From: a virus
Lineage: Duplodnaviria; Heunggongvirae; Uroviricota; Caudoviricetes
IMG/VR virus record: IMGVR_UViG_2529292921_000022
DNA length: 41,010 bases
Reading direction: 5' to 3' (one strand)
Position 1 is the stretch's first letter. Every line of letters begins with the position of its first letter. Below the pieces are notes generated by a model, which worked only from the letters and a program-made list of their open reading frames with translations, did no database searches and was not told the DNA's origin. The position numbers and the translations under genes are program-made. This document shows positions 28,587 to 38,472 of the stretch, one piece after another.

Positions 28587-29348
28587 TCACTTTTCCGATA
28601 CAACACGGCGGGAAGAATCAGTAATCTGTCGAACAATATCCCGGTGCTTGTTCAGCTCCCGCAGCGCGGCGCAGACTCGCTCCCACTTCTGAACATCACT
28701 TTTCGCCCTGCGCAGCGCCAGGTTTGCCCTGCGAAGGGACGGAAAAATCAGCTCATCTGCTTGCGTTTCGGTAAACGATGGCAACGGCTGCACAATGTCC
28801 GCCACAGTTTCTGTTTTAATTTCTTCCTGTGTTGCGGCTTCCCGGACTGGTAACGCAGCACCTGCTGGCTGAGGAAAGGCCTTACCATCACTTTCCGTTA
28901 CCAGCACGGCTTTCGGCTCTGCTGGTAAATTATCGCCCGGTATGCAGTAACGAAATTTACCGCCCTGATTTACGCGAATCAGACGACCTTTGCTGATTGC
29001 CATTGCCAGCGTTGAAGCCACTTTGCGTGATGTGGTACCAAACAATGTAGCCAGCTCATCAGCCGTTTGTGGTCCGCGTTGTTCAATCGTCGCGGTTAAA
29101 TCGCACTCTGAGATTTTCGCTACTGTTGCTGTGGTGGTTTCTTCCGGCAGTTCTGCCTGCGCTGGCTGTTCCTGCTGAACGTTGTTATCAGCCACACGCC
29201 AGGTGTACGCGCTTTTATCAACAAAACCAGCCTTTTTCAGTTCCCATAGTTCGTTCAGCACTTCTTCACGACTGATATCAAGTCGCGCAGCAAGTTCTAT
29301 GGATGTGGCTTTTCCCATTGCTTTCAGTGCGTCAAAAACAGTCTCCAT
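28587..29348 (-). CDS. Hypothetical winged-helix-like protein
   Basis: 253 aa from ATG 29348 with SD 'gggagaa'; N-terminal helix-turn-helix-like segment. Confidence 0.45.
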   Translation of the reverse strand: METVFDALKAMGKATSIELAARLDISREEVLNELWELKKAGFVDKSAYTWRVADNNVQQEQPAQAELPEETTTATVAKISECDLTATIEQRGPQTADELATLFGTTSRKVASTLAMAISKGRLIRVNQGGKFRYCIPGDNLPAEPKAVLVTESDGKAFPQPAGAALPVREAATQEEIKTETVADIVQPLPSFTETQADELIFPSLRRANLALRRAKSDVQKWERVCAALRELNKHRDIVRQITDSSRRVVSEK

Positions 29349-29370
29349 TAAATTTTTCTCCCGGTAAAAA

Positions 29371-30117
29371 TTACTTCGCAATTCCTGGCTGGACGACATT
29401 CGGACGCCAGCTCTCCCAGTTAAAATTCACCCAACACCCGCCGTTCATGGTCATGCGATCCATAATCCTCTCGCCGAGCAATGTTTTCATGGCCTCATAG
29501 TTCAGGTTTGTCAGCATTCCCACGCTACGCATCGACGCTGTCCGTCGATCAATAATCTGGTGCAGTACCACCTGCTCGTTTTTCGTCTCGCGCTGAATGC
29601 CAATTTCATCAAGAACCAGCAGATCCACTTCGCACAGTTCCCGCAAAAATTTTTCGCCTGACTGCCCGTCGTCATAGCTGGCGTGGAGGGCACTCATAAC
29701 ATCAGCCACGGTAACCACAATCACTGTCTGACCGTCTTTCAGCAGGCGATTCCCGATAGCTGCCGCTAAGTGGTTCTTCCCGGTACCAGGTTTTCCGCTG
29801 AACGCAAAATTTGTACACCCGGTCATCATTTCATCAGCGATGGATTTCGCCTGGCTTAACGCGTATCGCTGCCCTTCGTTCTGCACCTGGTAATTCGCAA
29901 ACGAGCATTTGCGGTGCAACGGCTGGATGCCGGAGCGATTCAGGATTTTTTCCACCCGCAACTGACGATTCTGACGGTTGATCTCCTCACAACGTTTCTG
30001 GCCTTCTGCAAGTTGCCACTCGCGCCACTCCGCCACCGTCCTGAATGGCGCGGTTACATGTGGCGGGGCCAGTCTGCGGATACGTTCCAGAACGCCGCCT
30101 GTCGCAATATTTTTCAT
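29371..30117 (-). CDS. DnaC-like helicase loader (IstB-like ATPase), replication protein
   Basis: 248 aa with Walker A '[15 protein letters not shown]' and Walker B 'LLVLDEIG'; follows the O-like gene. Confidence 0.8.
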   Translation of the reverse strand: MKNIATGGVLERIRRLAPPHVTAPFRTVAEWREWQLAEGQKRCEEINRQNRQLRVEKILNRSGIQPLHRKCSFANYQVQNEGQRYALSQAKSIADEMMTGCTNFAFSGKPGTGKNHLAAAIGNRLLKDGQTVIVVTVADVMSALHASYDDGQSGEKFLRELCEVDLLVLDEIGIQRETKNEQVVLHQIIDRRTASMRSVGMLTNLNYEAMKTLLGERIMDRMTMNGGCWVNFNWESWRPNVVQPGIAK

Positions 30118-30123
30118 GCTTCG

Positions 30124-31254
30124 TTACCCCCTGAAGCCTGGTGGGATAGCACTGTCCGGAAACGAGACGGTGTTAACCTGTCGAAGCAACGTCTCAGGCC
30201 GAACGCCTTTCGGCGCGAACAAGCCCTGGTATTCATTGGCGATGCTGTGTCTAATCACCTGCTCAGAGGTAAAACCCTGCTGGCGGAATTTTTCCAGCTC
30301 CCGTATCGCCCCGTTAGCGCCCTGCTCCGTTCGAATCGGTTTTCGCAATGCCTGCCTGAACTGAACCCACTCATGCCAGAGTGTTTCTGGCAACCAGTCG
30401 GGCAGATCAACAGACAACGGGTCAAATTTTTTCTGGCGAACAGCCCCACCGATAACCAGAATTCCCTGCTCGGTGTGCCTTGCGATATCACTGCGCCGCA
30501 AGACACATATCCCGGTTTCAACAGCACCGATTTTGAGCAGTGATTTCTGTCGCGGAGAATTTCGGTCAAGCTCGATCCCACACCGGACACCGTTCCTGTC
30601 AGTCACGACGATATCAATCCGCCCTCCGCAACCGTCACCACGCTCTGGCACCGGATACTCACGACAGACATCCAGGCCAGCAGCCTGCAACGCAACCACC
30701 GCAGAATTACAAAATTCCGCTGCAGTACCGCCAGATAATCTCCCCTCAAGCACTCCAGCCACAAAATCCCGGAACTCCCTTCCGGAAGGGAAGGGTTTGG
30801 GATGGGTTAGATCAGTATTTATATCTTCCTCTTCCTCTTCCTCTGGTAACGCTTTTTGATCCATTTGTGTAACGCTGCCAGCGTTACCTTTTCGTTTCAG
30901 TTCGCGTATTTTTGTAACTCGCTCGTTTGTAACCGCCCGTTTTTTAGAGCTTTTCCCGTTATGACGTTCAAAGTTAGGTAGAGAAAGCCCAACGTCATTT
31001 TCGACCAGCCATCCAACCTGAATTAACGCATCAGCAAAACCAGCCATAAAAGTGATGCGATCTATTGCACTTTTTGTAACGCCGCGAGCGTTACAATCTG
31101 CATTACCGTCTATCATTTGTTGATCCGCCCATGCCCAGAAGCGAATAACCTTCCCTAATGCGGCATCTGGATCAATATTCAGAATCTCAGCAAGCCTGAA
31201 TATTTCCGGCTTATCCGGCGTAATAACCTCGAGCTTTATCCAGTTTGAAGCCAT
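30124..31254 (-). CDS. Replication initiation protein (lambda O / DnaT-like, YdaU-like) with internal insert
   Basis: 376 aa; conserved N- and C-terminal regions with an acidic linker and a Cys-containing middle segment; precedes the DnaC-like gene. Confidence 0.55.
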   Translation of the reverse strand: MASNWIKLEVITPDKPEIFRLAEILNIDPDAALGKVIRFWAWADQQMIDGNADCNARGVTKSAIDRITFMAGFADALIQVGWLVENDVGLSLPNFERHNGKSSKKRAVTNERVTKIRELKRKGNAGSVTQMDQKALPEEEEEEDINTDLTHPKPFPSGREFRDFVAGVLEGRLSGGTAAEFCNSAVVALQAAGLDVCREYPVPERGDGCGGRIDIVVTDRNGVRCGIELDRNSPRQKSLLKIGAVETGICVLRRSDIARHTEQGILVIGGAVRQKKFDPLSVDLPDWLPETLWHEWVQFRQALRKPIRTEQGANGAIRELEKFRQQGFTSEQVIRHSIANEYQGLFAPKGVRPETLLRQVNTVSFPDSAIPPGFRG

Positions 31255-31331
31255 TTGTTTTCACCTTGTAACGCTCGCAGCGTTACATTTAACTGATACC
31301 GAACAAAACAATCCGGCACGATTAATTTCAA

Positions 31332-31754
31332 TCAATGCACTACGACAGAATCGCCGGGCGACCCACCACCGCTGAAATGTGCTTTCCGGTAAACGGCCTG
31401 GACTGCATCATCATGCGCATCAATTGCCGTACTCAATGCTTCCTGCGCCGCCAGTAATGCACGGCGTTCCAGGGTATCGAAGATGCAGAGTCGGTGACGC
31501 AGCTCGCGCGGAAGAATTGCCAGAACCGCAGGGATGAGTTTCTGAATTTTTTCCCTTTGCGCTTTCGTTTCACCTTTCAACCAACGGTGATAGATATTCT
31601 GCTGATTGTTCCAGTCCTTACCTGGTACAAGGGGCAATTCGCCGCCCCCCTGGCGCAGATATTCTTCAGTAATTGCGTTAGCGACCCACGCCTGCCCTTT
31701 TTCGGCTGCCAGGGCTAACAACACTGATTCGATGTGCTCATGCCTGATTTTCAT
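31332..31754 (-). CDS. ydaT: YdaT-like protein (Rac prophage family)
   Basis: 140-aa ORF translationally coupled (ATGA) to the upstream Cro-like gene; Rac-like synteny. Confidence 0.45.
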   Translation of the reverse strand: MKIRHEHIESVLLALAAEKGQAWVANAITEEYLRQGGGELPLVPGKDWNNQQNIYHRWLKGETKAQREKIQKLIPAVLAILPRELRHRLCIFDTLERRALLAAQEALSTAIDAHDDAVQAVYRKAHFSGGGSPGDSVVVH

Positions 31755-31993
31755 GAATCAACCGCTCCTATGCTGTTTTCGCTATGCTTACCGTCTGGGG
31801 GGAATACATCGTCAAGTCCACAATGAGCGCCAAGCCGATTAAGGGTAGAAACAATTTTTCTGCACTCCTCTAGTCCAGGGGTACGAAAATTTGCTTCGTA
31901 ATTTGCCAGTCGGCTTTGTATCCACCCTAACTGAACAGCAAGTTGTCTTTGAGACAGCCCAAGCTGTTTTCGATATGTTGAAATTTTGTTCAT
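31751..31993 (-). CDS. Cro/YdaS-like helix-turn-helix regulator
   Basis: 80 aa with HTH 'LGLSQRQLAVQLGWIQSRLANYE'; divergent from the repressor; strong SD 'ggaggt'. Confidence 0.5.
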   Translation of the reverse strand: MNKISTYRKQLGLSQRQLAVQLGWIQSRLANYEANFRTPGLEECRKIVSTLNRLGAHCGLDDVFPPDGKHSENSIGAVDS

Positions 31994-32017
31994 TGAAAAC
32001 CTCCGATGACAATTTTA

Positions 32018-32032
32018 AACACATCTTGTGTT
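32018..32032. promoter_or_regulatory. Operator palindrome AACACA-TCT-TGTGTT in the divergent intergenic region
   Basis: Perfect 6-3-6 inverted repeat within the spacer of a PR-like promoter (-35 TTGACC on minus strand at 32035..32040). Confidence 0.45.
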
Positions 32033-32063
32033 ATATGGTCAAGCTGTTTTGTGTTTTATGTAA

Positions 32064-32078
32064 ATCACGATTCGTGAT
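32064..32078. promoter_or_regulatory. Second palindrome ATCACGA-T-TCGTGAT upstream of the repressor start
   Basis: Perfect 15-bp inverted repeat 12 bp before the repressor ATG. Confidence 0.35.
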
Positions 32079-32089
32079 ACAAGGATGCA

Positions 32090-32509
32090 ATGGAAAAAGA
32101 AAACGAAAAAATTGCCGCTAGTAGGCTCAATGACAAAATTGCAATGCGTCTTAAAGAGCGCAGGCAGAAGCTTGGTTTATCTCAAGGAAAACTTGCTGAA
32201 ATCTGCGGATGGACGCAATCGCGTATAGGTAACTATGAGGCGGGCAGCAGAAATGTTGGAGTGCATGACGCTGTCGTATTGGGAAAGGCTCTTGGCATAT
32301 CTCCTCCTGAGCTCCTCTTTGGAGAACAGGAATCTTCTGAATTGTGGTTAAATGAATCCCAACGAAAACTTCTTGAGTTGTTTAACCAGCTACCGGGCTC
32401 AGAACAACAACGAATGATTGAGCTATTTGAAGTCCGGCTAAAAGAAATCGATGAGTATGTAGAAAAATATTTGAGAGGCAGGCTTAAAGATAATCCCCCA
32501 CCGGAGTAA
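32090..32509 (+). CDS. racR: CI-like repressor (XRE-family HTH; RacR-like)
   Basis: 139 aa with HTH 'LGLSQGKLAEICGWTQSRIGNYE'; divergent from cro-like gene; followed by a terminator. Confidence 0.6.
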   Translation: MEKENEKIAASRLNDKIAMRLKERRQKLGLSQGKLAEICGWTQSRIGNYEAGSRNVGVHDAVVLGKALGISPPELLFGEQESSELWLNESQRKLLELFNQLPGSEQQRMIELFEVRLKEIDEYVEKYLRGRLKDNPPPE

Positions 32510-32539
32510 TGATCTTGCTATCACAGTAATATGCCAATC

Positions 32540-32563
32540 AGCCCGCTATCAGCGGGCTTTTTT
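32540..32563 (+). terminator. Rho-independent terminator after the repressor gene
   Basis: Stem agcccgct/agcgggct, loop atc, 6-nt T-run. Confidence 0.6.
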
Positions 32564-32592
32564 GTACCATCATCATATGATACCCACCATAA

Positions 32593-32634
32593 AACACATT
32601 TCGTGTTGACACAAGAAAACGTATTGTGTTTAAT
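32593..32634 (+). promoter_or_regulatory. PL-like early promoter with overlapping operator
   Basis: -35 TTGACA (32606..32611), 17-bp spacer, -10 TTTAAT (32629..32634); operator-like AACACA-TTT-CGTGTT at 32593..32607 overlaps the -35. Confidence 0.45.
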
Positions 32635-32814
32635 AAGCATATCCAAACAACGCCCCACCAGAGAACGGCAGGACAATACCTCGAGTTATCCAGCCACTGA
32701 ACAGGGCTAAGTAGCCAGCCTGAGGCATACGAACATGACGGCAGTTGTTGATTGATACAAAGCGCAGTAGATAAAACGTTCCGCCACCCGGCGTTAAGGG
32801 GAAATGAGGTCAAC

Positions 32815-32967
32815 ATGGATACTATCGATCTTGGCAACAACGAATCTCTGGTATGTGGCGTGTTTCCCAATCAGGACGGCACATTCACCGCCATGACGTA
32901 TACCAAAAGCAAATCGTTTAAAACCGAAGCTGGCGCACGTCGCTGGCTTGCCAAAAATACCAGCTAA
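32815..32967 (+). CDS. Small early protein (YdaF/YdaG-like position)
   Basis: 50-aa ORF from ATG 32815 with SD 'gaggt'; the longer ORF-track version lacks a ribosome-binding site. Confidence 0.4.
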   Translation: MDTIDLGNNESLVCGVFPNQDGTFTAMTYTKSKSFKTEAGARRWLAKNTS

Positions 32968-33375
32968 ACCATTTATTGGATTAATTCAATATTCTTGCTG
33001 TAGGGGTATAGCCGAGGCCACCAAAGCCCGGAGGTGGTGAAATAAAACCGGGCACAATACGAAGGCGCATTTCCGGTATCCATAAAGAGTCGGTCTTGTC
33101 TGTTAAATTTAAATGGTGGGAGTGCGCCTCCGGTTGTAAATAACGACATTGCTGTGTCTAGTTTTTGGCGGCATCAGTTCTACTCCGTAGCTGCCCTGCC
33201 GCCCCTTTTTAAAGTGAATTTTGTGATGCGGTGAATGCGGCTAAGCGCACGCGGCGCAGTTAAAAGCATCAGTGTTATGGGGGGATTATCCGGCGTTAAT
33301 TGTTAACTGGTTAACGTCACCTGGAGGCACCAGGCACCGCATCGACAAAATTCATTTGTAAAAATGGAGATAATT

Positions 33376-33597
33376 ATGATTGCTCATCACTTCGGAACTG
33401 ATGAAATACCACGTCAGTGTGTGACCCCTGGCGATTATGTTCTTCATGAAGGTCGGACATATATCGCCTCGGCAAACAATATTAAAAAGCGAAAACTTTA
33501 TATTCGTAGCCTGACTACAAAAACATGCATTTCTGACTGCATGATTAGAGTCTTCCTCGGTCGTGATGGTTTACCTGTAAAGGCGGAGTCATGGTAA
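33376..33597 (+). CDS. kilR: KilR-like cell-division inhibitor
   Basis: 73 aa from the second ATG ([15 protein letters not shown]...); length and position match Rac kilR as recalled. Confidence 0.5.
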   Translation: MIAHHFGTDEIPRQCVTPGDYVLHEGRTYIASANNIKKRKLYIRSLTTKTCISDCMIRVFLGRDGLPVKAESW

Positions 33598-33767
33598 TGA
33601 CTAAGAAAATAAAATGTGCTTATCACCTTTGCAATAAAGAAATTGAAGAAAGCAAAATCATTACAAGACCACTTCATTTCATGCGTGGAGTTATACCAAC
33701 GACGGAAATGAAAAAATATTGTAGTGAAATCTGTGCCGAAAAAGACCAGATGGCACACGAACTTTAA
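33597..33767 (+). CDS. ydaE: YdaE-like small Cys-rich protein
   Basis: 56-codon ORF below the ORF-track cutoff: [56 protein letters not shown]; ATG overlaps the kilR stop. Confidence 0.45.
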   Translation: MTKKIKCAYHLCNKEIEESKIITRPLHFMRGVIPTTEMKKYCSEICAEKDQMAHEL

Positions 33768-33841
33768 TTAACTGACTATCCGAAACTGAATTTATGCCAG
33801 CAATGGCAGGGATTCGCTCAACCTTAATTAAGGAGAAAAAC

Positions 33842-34117
33842 ATGATTACCAGTTATGAAGCCACTGTTGTTACTACTGATGACATTGTTCACGAAGTTAC
33901 CCTGGAAGGAAAGCGTATTGGCTACGTGATTAAGACAGAAAATAAAGAAACCCCATTCACTGTGGTTGATATCGACGGTCCATCAGGCAACGTTAAAACA
34001 CTTAACGAAGGCGTCAAAAAAATGTGCCTAGTGCATATCGGAAAGAATCTGCCCGCAGAAAAAAAAGCCGAATTTCTGGCAACTCTGATTGCAATGAAAT
34101 TAAAAGGTGAAATCTGA
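33842..34117 (+). CDS. racC: RacC-like small protein
   Basis: 91 aa from ATG 33842 with SD 'aaggagaaaaa'; upstream of the recE-like gene. Confidence 0.45.
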   Translation: MITSYEATVVTTDDIVHEVTLEGKRIGYVIKTENKETPFTVVDIDGPSGNVKTLNEGVKKMCLVHIGKNLPAEKKAEFLATLIAMKLKGEI

Positions 34118-34216
34118 AGAAATAGCCTGCGTATGACGCAGGCTATGAACAGTGTGTATCCGGCAAGATTATTCACTGAACAAACGAATTTTAATCTGAG
34201 TTGAGGTTAAAAAACA

Positions 34217-37200
34217 ATGAGCACCGATAAACAAGTTTACCCACTGTATTACGAAGCAAAAAATGACAAAGTAAGAAAACGTCTCGGTATTAAAGGCGGT
34301 TTTTACTGGGCTGAAGCGAAAAAATTATCCATTGCCATCTCCCGTGGTGCTGTTGCGATTGACGATGCTGGCTACGATGAAGATGACTTCAAAAAACCTG
34401 TTCGCGTCAATTTGCCCGTTGTTGATGACCTCCCGCCAGAAGGCGTATTTGATACGGAATTCTGCAACCGTTACGAAAAAGGCGGGGAAGATGGCATCAC
34501 AATGGTATTTATCGCGCCCTCCCCCTCTGCGCAGGGCAAACCAGCCAGCACTGACAACACCAATGTTAATGGCGAAGACATGACGGAGATTGAGGAGAAT
34601 ATGCTACTCCCGATTTCTGGCCAGGAGCTGCCCATTCGCTGGCTTGCTCAACACGGCAGCGAAAAACCGGTAACGCACGTTTCACGCGACGAACTCCAGG
34701 CATTACACATTGCACGGGCTGAGGAACTACCAGCTGTTACTGCCCTGGCTGTTTCCCACAAAACCAGCCTGCTCGATCCGCTGGAAATTCGCGATCTCCA
34801 CAAACTGGTGCGTGATACTGACAGAGTTTTCCCTAATCCAGGCAATTCAAGCCTGGGGCTGATGACTGCTTTTTTCGAAGCATACATGGACGCAGACTAC
34901 ACCGATCGCGGTCTGCTGACAAAAGAGTGGATGAAAGGAAATCGTGTTTCACGCATCACGCGCACGGCTTCCGGCGCTAATGCTGGCGGCGGGAACCTCA
35001 CCGATCGCGGCGAAGGTTTCGTTCACGATCTGACGTCACTGGCGCGCGATGTAGCCACTGGCGTACTGGCCCGTTCAATGGACGTGGACATTTATAACCT
35101 TCATCCGGCACACGCTAAACGTGTCGAGGAAATTATCGCTGAAAATAAACCGCCCTTTTCTGTTTTCCGCGACAAATTCATCACCATGCCTGGCGGGCTG
35201 GATTATTCCCGTGCCATCGTGGTTGCGTCCGTAAAAGAAGCACCAATTGGGATCGAGGTTATCCCCGCACACGTCACTGAATATCTGAACAAAGTACTGA
35301 CTGAAACTGATCATGCCAACCCTGATCCAGAAATCGTGGATATTGCCTGCGGTCGTTCCTCTGCCCCGATGCCGCAGCGTGTAACAGAAGAAGAAAAACA
35401 GGATGATGAAGAAAAACTGCAACCATCTTGCGCAATGGCAGATGAACAGGCAACGGCTGAAACAGTGGAACCGGATGCAACTGAACATCATCAGGACACG
35501 CAGCCGCTGGATGCTCAGTCACAGGTAAATTCTGTTGATGCGAAATATCAGAAACTGCGGGCAGAACTCCATGAAGCCCGGAAAAACATTCCGCCCAAAA
35601 ATCCTGTCGATGCAGACAAATTACTGGCTGCCTCTCGCGGAGAATTTGTTGAAGGGATTAGCGACCCGAATGATCCGAAATGGGTTAAGGGGATCCAGAC
35701 CCGCGACTCTGTGTACCAGAATCAGCCAGAAACGGAACAGAACGCCCCAAATACGCAACAAAACGAGCCAGAAACGAAACAGCCTGAGCCAGTAGTGCAA
35801 CAACAGGAAACGGAGAAAGTTTGCACCGCCTGCGGTAAGGCTGGCGGCGGCAACTGTCCTGACTGTGGCGCGGTGATGGGCGACGCAACGTATCAGAAAA
35901 CCTTTAATGAAGAAAATCAGAATGAATATCAGGAAAAAGGTCTGGAGGAAATGGAAGGTGCTGAACATCCGCACAAGGAGAACGCTGGCAGCAATCCGCA
36001 TTGCGATTGCAGTGATGAAGCTGGTGAAGCGACAGCACCTGTAGTAACTGAAATCATGTGGCCGTCATATTTCGAGCCTGGCCGCTATGAAAACCTCCCG
36101 AACGAGGTTTATCACTCCGCCAACGGAATAAGCAGCACAATGCTGAAGGATGCCCGCATCAGCCTGATGTATTACCACGGACGGCACATTGCCGGAACTA
36201 TTCTGGGCGAGGAAAGTGATGCATTGCTGCGTGGGCGGATTATTCACAGCTATGTTCTGGAAACGGATAAATTCGCTGATGAGTATGCCATTCCGGTACC
36301 GGTTCCTGAATATGTGGTTACTACTTCTAACGAACTGATCGCCATCATTAAAAAACACAATGCCAGTCTGCCAGCACTGATGACACCAGAGCAGATGAAA
36401 GAGTGGATCGAAAGCTACAACAGCACTCTTATACAGCCACTGTCGGTAAGTACCGGGGCCGAAGAAACAGGCATCCTTTACGGTTCGCTTCCGGAGGAAT
36501 TCCGGCGTATTCCTGAGAGGGAAAAACACACAGCATCAGCAATGAAAGCCTGTATTAAAGAATACAACGCAAGCCTCCCTCCTCTGCTGAAAGCCAGTGG
36601 AACACGAGAGCAGCTCCTGGAGCAAATTGAAACTGTAGATCCAGAACTGGCAAAAAAAGAACGTGCTAAATCTTTGCCTTACAACATCAGTGGCACAAAA
36701 GAGCAATTAACCGAAATCGCCCGGAAAATTCGCCCGGAACTGGTAACACTGGAGGAGTGGCAAAAACGTCAGCAAGAAGAAAACGCCGGGAAAACGTTTA
36801 TCAGTCCGGATATGTATGAACAGGCAAAAAATATTCACGCAGCACTGCAAAACAATACTGATGCAGCAAGGTTACTCAACCACCCGGATCGCAAATCTGA
36901 AATCAGCTATTTCGGGTTTGATGAAGAAACCGGGCTGGAAATCAGGGTCCGTCCTGATATCGAAATCCGGCTGCCATACGAAAGCATTTGCGCCGACGTG
37001 AAGTCAGTCAGCCTCGGTTATGTGCGACAGGAACGACTGAAAGATCGCCTGCACCGTGAAATTATTGAGCGTGATTATCACCTCAGCGCAGCAATGTATT
37101 GCGATGTGGCAAACCTGGACAAATTTTTCTGGATCTTCGTCAACAAAGATGCTGGCTATCACTGGGTGGCCGTCGTGGAAGCCTCGCAGGAACTCCTGGA

Positions 37201-37345
37201 ACTTGGTCGACAGGAATATCGCCGGACGCTACGACAGATAAACGAAGCTCTGGAGACAAACAACTGGCCAGCACCGATTACCGAAAGTTATACCGACGAA
37301 TTAAACGACTTTGATCTTCGTCGTCTTGAAGCACTGAGCATCTGA
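34217..37345 (+). CDS. recE: RecE-like exonuclease VIII (C-terminal PD-(D/E)xK nuclease domain)
   Basis: 1042 aa; long N-terminal region with low-complexity Gln/Glu/Pro repeats and a CxxC...CxxC cluster; followed immediately by an annealing protein. Confidence 0.55.
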   Translation: MSTDKQVYPLYYEAKNDKVRKRLGIKGGFYWAEAKKLSIAISRGAVAIDDAGYDEDDFKKPVRVNLPVVDDLPPEGVFDTEFCNRYEKGGEDGITMVFIAPSPSAQGKPASTDNTNVNGEDMTEIEENMLLPISGQELPIRWLAQHGSEKPVTHVSRDELQALHIARAEELPAVTALAVSHKTSLLDPLEIRDLHKLVRDTDRVFPNPGNSSLGLMTAFFEAYMDADYTDRGLLTKEWMKGNRVSRITRTASGANAGGGNLTDRGEGFVHDLTSLARDVATGVLARSMDVDIYNLHPAHAKRVEEIIAENKPPFSVFRDKFITMPGGLDYSRAIVVASVKEAPIGIEVIPAHVTEYLNKVLTETDHANPDPEIVDIACGRSSAPMPQRVTEEEKQDDEEKLQPSCAMADEQATAETVEPDATEHHQDTQPLDAQSQVNSVDAKYQKLRAELHEARKNIPPKNPVDADKLLAASRGEFVEGISDPNDPKWVKGIQTRDSVYQNQPETEQNAPNTQQNEPETKQPEPVVQQQETEKVCTACGKAGGGNCPDCGAVMGDATYQKTFNEENQNEYQEKGLEEMEGAEHPHKENAGSNPHCDCSDEAGEATAPVVTEIMWPSYFEPGRYENLPNEVYHSANGISSTMLKDARISLMYYHGRHIAGTILGEESDALLRGRIIHSYVLETDKFADEYAIPVPVPEYVVTTSNELIAIIKKHNASLPALMTPEQMKEWIESYNSTLIQPLSVSTGAEETGILYGSLPEEFRRIPEREKHTASAMKACIKEYNASLPPLLKASGTREQLLEQIETVDPELAKKERAKSLPYNISGTKEQLTEIARKIRPELVTLEEWQKRQQEENAGKTFISPDMYEQAKNIHAALQNNTDAARLLNHPDRKSEISYFGFDEETGLEIRVRPDIEIRLPYESICADVKSVSLGYVRQERLKDRLHREIIERDYHLSAAMYCDVANLDKFFWIFVNKDAGYHWVAVVEASQELLELGRQEYRRTLRQINEALETNNWPAPITESYTDELNDFDLRRLEALSI

Positions 37346-37356
37346 GGAAGGACACA

Positions 37357-38409
37357 ATGAACGAATTAACTCAACAAGAAAATATTAACTCTAATGTTGC
37401 GGTTTTCAGCCCTCAGTCCCTGGCTGCAATTCAGACATTTTCCCAGGTAATGGCTTCCGGCATGGCTACTGTACCGGAACACCTCCGGGGAAATCCATCA
37501 GACTGCATGGCCATCACCATGCAGGCGATGCAGTGGCAAATGAACCCTTACGCAGTAGCTCAGAAAACTTTCGTTGTGAATGGTGTGCTCGGATATGAAG
37601 CGCAACTGGTTAATGCCGTAATCAGTACTCGTGGGCCGCTAACCGGGCGTATTGAATATGACTGGTTCGGGCCGTGGGAAAAAATTATCGGGAAATTTGA
37701 AATCAGGAAGAACGACAAGGGGAAAGAATATCGTGTACCTGGCTGGAAGCTGGCCGATGAAAACGGGATCGGAGTTCGCGTCCAGGCAACACTACGCGGA
37801 GAGAGCAAGCCACGCGTACTGGAGTTACTTCTGGCGCAGGCCAGAACACGTAACTCAACGTTATGGGCCGATGATCCTCGCCAGCAGCTTGCCTATCTGG
37901 CACTGAAACGCTGGGCGCGCCTTTATTGCCCTGAAGTGATTCTTGGAGTGTACACCCGGGACGAACTGGACGAACCACAGGAAAAAATCATTAATCCGGT
38001 TCAGGAACATAAAAATACATCCGCCTGCCGTGCGGAACGTGAAACAACAATTATTGAGCAGGATGCCGGGGAAAACTGGATCAGGGCTTTCCGTGAACGT
38101 ATTGAGCAGGCACAAAGCACCGGAGAAACAACAGCACTTCGCCAGGAAGTGGAAGATCATAAAAATACACTTGGCGCTCTCTACACAGAACTTAAAGGAA
38201 AAGTGGTTCAGCGTCATCACCGTCTCAATGCTATTGCCCGTATTGAGAAGATGATAAATGACCTGCCTTCATCAGGTGATCCAGAAGCAGAACAAAAATT
38301 TATTGCTCTGGAAAATACGCTGAATGCTGCACGACCACATCTGGGAGAATTATATGAGGCGTATAAAACGACACTGACAGATATGAAACCAGAATATATC
38401 GGCTCCTGA
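37357..38409 (+). CDS. Single-strand annealing protein, RecT/Red-beta family
   Basis: 350 aa; motif 'STLWADDPRQQLAYLALKRWARLYCP' resembles the conserved RecT/Bet C-terminal core; paired with recE-like gene; not the K-12 RecT sequence as I recall it. Confidence 0.5.
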   Translation: MNELTQQENINSNVAVFSPQSLAAIQTFSQVMASGMATVPEHLRGNPSDCMAITMQAMQWQMNPYAVAQKTFVVNGVLGYEAQLVNAVISTRGPLTGRIEYDWFGPWEKIIGKFEIRKNDKGKEYRVPGWKLADENGIGVRVQATLRGESKPRVLELLLAQARTRNSTLWADDPRQQLAYLALKRWARLYCPEVILGVYTRDELDEPQEKIINPVQEHKNTSACRAERETTIIEQDAGENWIRAFRERIEQAQSTGETTALRQEVEDHKNTLGALYTELKGKVVQRHHRLNAIARIEKMINDLPSSGDPEAEQKFIALENTLNAARPHLGELYEAYKTTLTDMKPEYIGS

Positions 38410-38472
38410 TATTTACTATGGCGGTGTAGCCTCACCGCCATAACAAAACTTTATTTTATGAGAGAAAAGACA

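Noticed and set aside
32538-32870. 110-aa minus-strand ORF downstream of the repressor gene
   Set aside because: It overlaps the repressor terminator and the PL-like promoter/operators and runs antisense to the small early gene; no ribosome-binding site.
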